Notes under the pieces: model-generated
What the model saw: the letters and a program-made list of their open reading frames with translations, nothing else
What the model was told of the DNA's origin: nothing
The model's database searches: none
Part shown: positions 57,662 through 64,000 of the stretch, piece by piece
How positions within the stretch are numbered: position 1 is the first letter of the stretch
Layout: each line of letters opens with the position of its first letter
From: Saprolegnia diclina VS20
Lineage: Eukaryota
Direction: 5' to 3'
NCBI RefSeq assembly: GCF_000281045.1
Contig: NW_008246174.1
Location: 3,042 to 67,041 of the forward strand
DNA: 64,000 bases
Program-made: the position numbers and the translations under genes

Positions 57662-60600
57662 CTAACTCGTTGTATCGGGGGGCGCTTTGGCCGAGAGAAT
57701 CCCGAGGTACACGGGGCGGACTTCCTTGAGGTGTTTCTTTTCGTTGGTGCGCCCGAGCGACGCCAGCCGGGTTTGCCGGCGGGCATTGGGCAGCAAGTGC
57801 CGAGACGACGCGCGTACATCCGGCAGAATTCCCGTCAGCGCATCGAGTTGGCGCCGGCTCGCACTGTACCGGAGCGACAGCGCCCGCGTGCTGCGCTCGA
57901 GCTTGGCGTGCAGCGGCGACGACCGCTTGATTCTGAGTGTGGATATGCCAAAGCTCGCCGCAGGGGGCTTTGGTTTTTGTCGCTCGAGCTCCCGCTCCGC
58001 CTCCTCTTCAGTGAGCGGTGCAAACTTGACTTCTAGCGCCCGAGGACACTGCGAGAGGTGCTGAGCTTGCGCCACCAAGTCGATATCGGGCTTGGCGATC
58101 TCCGACCCTGGTCCTGCGTACTTGGGGTCGCACCAAACGACAACTTCGGTTGTCGCAAAAGACGGCCGCGGCGACGTCGGCAAGAGGCGATCGAGGATCG
58201 GCCCCACGTCCAAAAAGGGCTCTAGCCAAATAGAAATTGTAGCAAAATAACGAGAGCGCGCCTACGGGGAGTGATGGCCGATGTCTCGGGCGCGGTTTCG
58301 CGCATCTCGGGCACGGGGACGTTCGAGGGAATCGGGTGCGGATCGTAATGCATCGGTCCCGGCTCGGGGCTCGGAGGCCGCGGATCGGTTTGCAAGCGAC
58401 TGCACATGGCGTCCAGAGTGACTTTGCCGACCTTTTCTGGATCTACGAACCGATTATCAATGTTTCAAGTCGTTTGTCGCGTGGCTACCGAGATACACCC
58501 ACAACTCGACGAGCTCTGACTCATGCACATTTGGAAAGATCCAGAGGAGGCCTTCGCAAAGCCCGTTGAAGCACAGCGCTGAGCGCAAATGGGCGACGTC
58601 AAGACCCGCGCGGGCGCGCCGCCGAATGGGCGGGAAGAGGCCCGTGCCCGCGATCGGCGTCATCGGCGCCGTCACCACCGAATCCGTGTATTTAGCGTTG
58701 AGGTGCGCCGTGTTGTCAAACACGAAGATGAGTCGGCTGTAGATGTCGGCTTGCGTCGCATGGCTTCGGTAGAGCCCCTTGAGCATCTCCAAGAGGCGCC
58801 GGGGTCTACATTCTTATCCATTAAACAAGAATCCCAAGCCGTATTTGTACTTGTGAAAGGCGTCCACGTCGGGGTGGGGCCAGACAATGTTGGGGGGAAT
58901 ATACATGTCGTCGCCGCCGTCTCTAGACGCCTGGAGACTCTCGACTTTGCGAATGATATCTGGTAGGTTCTCCAGCCTGATCCGTGTCATGTCGTTAGTG
59001 TACTGGTGGAATGAGGCATGTACCGTCTGGAGCAGACAGGGGGGCGGGGACTGTGCGCCGCTTTGATCTTGAGGCTCGAGACGGCATTGTTGGCGCTGTA
59101 CACGTTGAGCTTTGGCCGGCGTTTCCACTCAAAGTAGCGCTGCCACGCGACGCGTGCGCCGCCGTCGTGGTGCATACTCTGCCGGATGATCTGCACGCGC
59201 GTTTTCCAGTTGCGCCAAAAGACAAACCTTCCACATTGTTATATACTCACGGACTAGGAAGCGAAGAATACATACCACGTCTGATCGTGGACAGGGCTAA
59301 AGTCGATGCCGTTCAAGGTGAGTTGCACGGCCACAGGTCTAGATGGCGCTTTAGCAACCCCGTGCAGAAGGGGTGTCACAGGTACCCTTCGTCTCGGAGA
59401 GATGGTGTCACCACGAGCAACTCCGACTCGTTGACGTACGTGGCCTGCACCATGGTCGTGAACGTGTCTTCAAAGCTCACTGTCCAATTGCTCGATGCTT
59501 CGTCAAATTGCAGCCGCGTAAACCGAGCCCGAAGGCTCGGAGTGTCGACGAGGAAACGGCCGCGGAGCTTCATGTGCACTCCGCCCCACATCGGTCCGTC
59601 GGTCGGCGAGACGTCGTCCAGCAGCGGCTGATCTCGGAAGAGGTTGAGGAGTAGAGGCTGGTTCGTATACTAGAAGTCGTCATGTCAACGATCGTTCGGC
59701 GTTCGATGGACGTACGTCGAGGACGCCGTTTCGGCCGAGACTGACGTCGACGAGAGCTGTGGCGCCAACGAGCGAGACGTCTTCGTTTGGCACAAGGTGG
59801 TGCAGCGGCGGCACGAGGCACTTGATGACACCGTCGGCGCTGCATTCGGCCGAGACGGTGACGCACAGCGACGGGTTCTCAAGCGTGAACGACACCTAGT
59901 CTCTACGGTGAGCGAAGGTACCAGCACAAGCTTACGCGAATGTGGTGGGTCTCTGAAAAGTTGTTGCCGTGGATGTAGAGCGGGTGGTCGCCCATCGAGT
60001 AGGCCCACGACGGTACGAGCGTTCCCATCTTGGGTGCGTTGCACACGCAGAGCCGAACGTCCGCCATCGGGATAAAGTCCAGCCCGTTCATGGCTATGCA
60101 CACGCGCACGATGGACCCTAACCGCACAGTTGACCTCTGCCTCTTCAAGAGTGTCGACCCACCGGGGGGGAAATCGGGGGTGAGGCATTCGAGAAGCGTG
60201 GTCGAGAGCACGCGGAGGTTGACGATTGCATCCGGGTGCTTGACCTCGCCGTCCTGCGCGGGCTCATGGATGAATTTGGCTATAGACACACAAGTCGACG
60301 CGTCTGCGCTAGTGATGACGCCATGTACCTCGGCCATTGTCGGTCGGTACGAAATGCTCGCCGTGGACAAGCAGCTTGGTCGTGTACACCGGTGACGCCG
60401 ACTCGATCCGGTGCACGGTCGGCGTTTCGTAGATGAGCCACTGGTGGTGGGGTAGACTCGCTTCGATGACACTAGTCGTATCGAGGAGCTCGGACCAGAG
60501 TGCCATGACGCTTTGGTGCGAGAGGTCGTTCTCTGGCTCGACCGAATGCAGCGGCGGCGCCAGGAAAACGCTGTTGAAGTCGACGCCGTTGAGCGCGACG

Positions 60601-63600
60601 ATGACGGTGAACGACGCCTTCCCGCCCTTCTTGGTGGGCGGCGTCACACAAGAAAGAACGTTGGCCGACTCGAACGTCGCACTAACAACCGTCACTGGGA
60701 CCTAGCACCACATTGAAGCATAGAAGGCAAGGAGAGAGCTACTGAGACGGCGACATCGGCTTCGTGGCGAAACGACTGGTGCAACTCGGCGTAGTGCTCG
60801 ATGCCCTACTCCTGTGGTAAACCTAGACCACAAGGATGGAGGTACCCAGAGAAAAGCGAGTTGAATGCACTTGGTGTCGACAAAGTTGAAGCCGTGAAGT
60901 GTGAGCCTCGAGCCGCCGCAGGAAGGCAAGCACTTGGGCAAAATGTCTTCAATGATGGGCAGCGGCTGAATCGTATACCTAATTTCACTTCTTGCATCGG
61001 CGCTGAGATATACAAACGTACGGAGTCGCACAAGTAGACAAAAAGTCCTGCCCATTGAGGGCCAGCTCGACAATCATCTCGGTGGGCGTCACGTGGGCCG
61101 ACGGCGCGCGCCCGAGAAGCCGCTGCAGCGCCGCTTTCTTTCCTTCGTCCGCTTCGCTAATGGATTTAGGGACTAGGTTAATTTCGCTCGTATCGCTCTG
61201 GCCGTACGGTTTGAGTGTCTTGGCATCCGCGGCTACCTTTCCCGCAGAGATTTTGCGCGACCTACATCGAACCTTGAGGAATTGGAGAAGAGACTTGAAG
61301 CGCACCGAAACGCAGTTTCAAGGTGCATCGTCTTCTTGAGCGCCGACGTGAGACGCGACGTCGCCTTGGACCGCAGCGACGGGCGTTTGAGCAACATTGG
61401 CTGAAAGTGAATAAAGAGCTCGACCTCGCCGCGGGAGGGCAGCTCCTTTGCCGGCTCTCGCAAATATTCCCGAATCGAGTTTTGAGCTAAAATGGGCGTC
61501 ATCGGGCGGGGTGGCGGCGCCGCCACCTGCAACGGAAACCACGCTCGGAGCTTAATGGCTTTGTTGAGACTCGCAAACGGAAGGCGCAGCGTGCCCAGCG
61601 TTTCGAGCCGCCCCGACTCGACTTCGTTCTGGACGGTTAGCACCTAGGTTATGTGAGGCCAATAACGATTCGAACCAGACCGTACGAGGTCGCCGTGGCT
61701 GTGGCCGTCCGTCGTCTGAAGCTCAAAGTCAAATTGCTCGTAGAACGTTGGGTTGGACGTGAATTCGCGCAGTGTCGACCGCAGTTTCTGATCCTCAAAC
61801 TCAAAAATAACAAAAGGCCGAAGGAGCGGACTCGTCGTCGTCGTTGCCGTCGTGTTGGGCAGACGCAGATTGCGTGCGCGCAGCAGCGTAACAAAGAGGC
61901 CGCTGTTGCGCACCCAGACCTTGTGCTCGTGGCGCGGGTCGAACGACGCATCTTGCAGTAATTGCGGCACCGCGATCGGCACCTAACCGAAAGCCGTCAA
62001 GCCGTGTTGAGGCACTGAGTCAACCGTGAAACGCGGAAGGCGGCACTGAATGACGCCGGTAGCATTGTGTGACGTGACCGCTGTCTGCGCTTGACCTACT
62101 CGCCAGTGTACCTAAACTCGTCTTGTTTGTAAAATTGATCGTACCTTTGATGCGGAAGCGGCACGTGGTCAAGCTGCTGTTTAAAAACGGGCTATTTTCC
62201 CAATTTTCGACGATTTGAATGTACACCTAACCGCAATGAAAACGAGCAAAAAATGAATCAAGGGGTACATCGGTGCAGCCCGGCACGAGGTTGAGCTTGG
62301 GCGTCATGCTCTTGACCAACGGCGCGCGATAATAGGTGAACGTCACCGCATCACTCGAGAAGGTGGCGTCGACACCACCGACGGCGACCTCGATCTAAAC
62401 ACTGTCTGTGAGAGACAATATAGCAATATGTGTCCACCTCGAGTCGGAGCTGCTCCAAACTGATTTTGCAAGGCGGCGTGTAGCAGTAGATCTTGCCGCT
62501 TGTGAGCTGAGCTGAATAGATAGCGCGCTCCAATAGCTTCTCGCCTCGAAACCACGAGAAGCGCACGACCGGCTCCTTCTCCGCGAGCCGGCAGAGATTC
62601 AAGTTGGCGCCTGCAAGAGCCAAGTACGTGCGTCCTACGACACGATGCGTTGGGCGAATTAAAACCGAGACGTCCGACCTTGTGTCGGGCCCACGGACGG
62701 CTGCACCGCGTTCACATCAAACATATACAAGATCGCTTGCGGCACGGCCTCGGTGAACGTATGGTGGTCGAACGAGACGCAGAAGAGAATGTTGCGGCTC
62801 TTGAGGCGCGGTGGGACCGTGCAGAGTATTTCCGACGACGATTTCAATGTACAGGGCAGGATCTGGGACTCGAGGGACGGCCGCTATGGTTTGAATGAGT
62901 CACGCACGACTCCACGTTTGTGCTTACGTCGATGGTTTCGAGCTTGGCTTGCAGCGCAGCACCTAGTGCGATTAGAAAAAGATCTTGGAGAACGTATACC
63001 TTGGTCGTGCTGGTAGTCGTAGCTTGGCGGCAAGAAGTATACCCGAAGCAGCAGCATGCCCGAGTTGAAGAAGCCGCGACCCTGCACGACAATATCGCCG
63101 CCAGTCGAGTACGGAAGGTACCGCGGACAGAGACTGTCGATGCGCGGTAGCTCGTAGACTTGGAACGACGGCGCACCCATCGACGTATAGGGACACTGCC
63201 CCGACGACACTTGTACATCCAGCACCGACATGGTCTCGATGTTGGGGGCCTGGGTGACAATCATACCGCTCTCGAGGACGGGCGGCTCGAGCACCAAGCT
63301 CAGATCCACGCTGCGCTTGACGGCCGAGGACCCGTCGACACTGTGAAGAATCACAGACGCCGACTGGCTCACGCCGGGCTTGAGTACCATCGGGGGTACC
63401 ACTAGCGTCGCCACATCGCGCGCTAAACAAGCGGTCATCATTGCTCGACACAATGCGTAGTGTTGACGTACGTAGGCGGGAGGAGCCACGCGCGTCCTCG
63501 GCCGTCATGCGCAGTACGAGTTCCAGCCGGGGTGTTTGTGCATTTGAGACGAGCTCAAATTGCATCTTGTCGCACCACAGAAGCGTGCCGACCTCCTTCC

Positions 63601-64000
63601 GCACCTGGTAGAGCATGCGTTTGGCCGGCGTTTGGCGCGGGAGCCCGTCGTTGCATTTGACGGCGAGGTAGTACCAGCCGTTTGTGTCAGCACCCGCAAG
63701 TCGACCGGCGACCGTGAGTCCCACGATGGTGACGCTGCAAAAGTACCGCTTCCACACCTCACCGGGCACGTGGACTGCGTGGGTTGGTGTGCTGAACCGC
63801 ACCGTGATCGCGCCCGTCTCAAGAAAGCCAGAGCCGCGTAGTTTGACGGGCGTGCAGGACCCGAGGAGCCCACACGGCGGCTCCAGCGCGGTGATGGACC
63901 ACGTGCTCGGGTCGTAGACGAGCATAGGTGTCGGAGGTGAGAAGCAGATACCGTGGGCACCCAACCAGAGGAGAACCTTGCCTTTGGAAGGCAGTGGCGG
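57662..64000 (-). CDS. Large multi-exon IPT/TIG-repeat + C2-domain protein (5' end outside the window)
   Basis: At least six IPT-like starts (e.g. ITALEPPCG...KLRGSGF, IDSLCPRY...GGDIVVQGRGF, IEDILPKC...GGSRLTLHGFNF, LDDVSPTDGPMWGG). A C2 domain lies at ~61530-61900 (LFVTLLRARNL...PFV...TSNPTFYEQFDF...WFPL). Exact exons and stop are uncertain. Confidence 0.7.

Overview
This is eukaryotic, GC-rich, gene-dense DNA with many ~45-nt GT-AG introns and oomycete-type Inr/FPR core promoters. The gene families point to an oomycete, most likely Saprolegniales (inference). There are two N gaps (23908-24842, 25157-25711). In order, the window holds: degenerate LRR pseudogene(s); a membrane class-3 lipase; a small basic protein; a divergent pair of MBOAT lysophospholipid acyltransferases; a fatty-acid elongase; THOC3; a Canopy-like KDEL protein head-to-head with GRP94; a DUF1399/GRDP-like protein; a helicase-associated-repeat gene; a Tudor-knot+RING protein; Maf; a ~13-kb axonemal dynein heavy chain (DNAH6-like); a divergent pair of APC permeases; a HAD_SAK-type protein; a dienelactone-hydrolase-like/DUF4050-like fusion; CFAP58; an NHL-repeat membrane protein; PACRG; and the 3' part of a large IPT/TIG+C2 gene. 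I saw no rRNA, tRNA, CRISPR array or intact transposase. The best leads are the Canopy/GRP94 bidirectional pair, a recurrent TTGATAC-type intronic motif, the lipid-remodelling and flagellar gene neighbourhoods, and the unusual domain fusions. All gene models and family calls come from reading by eye; no searches were run.
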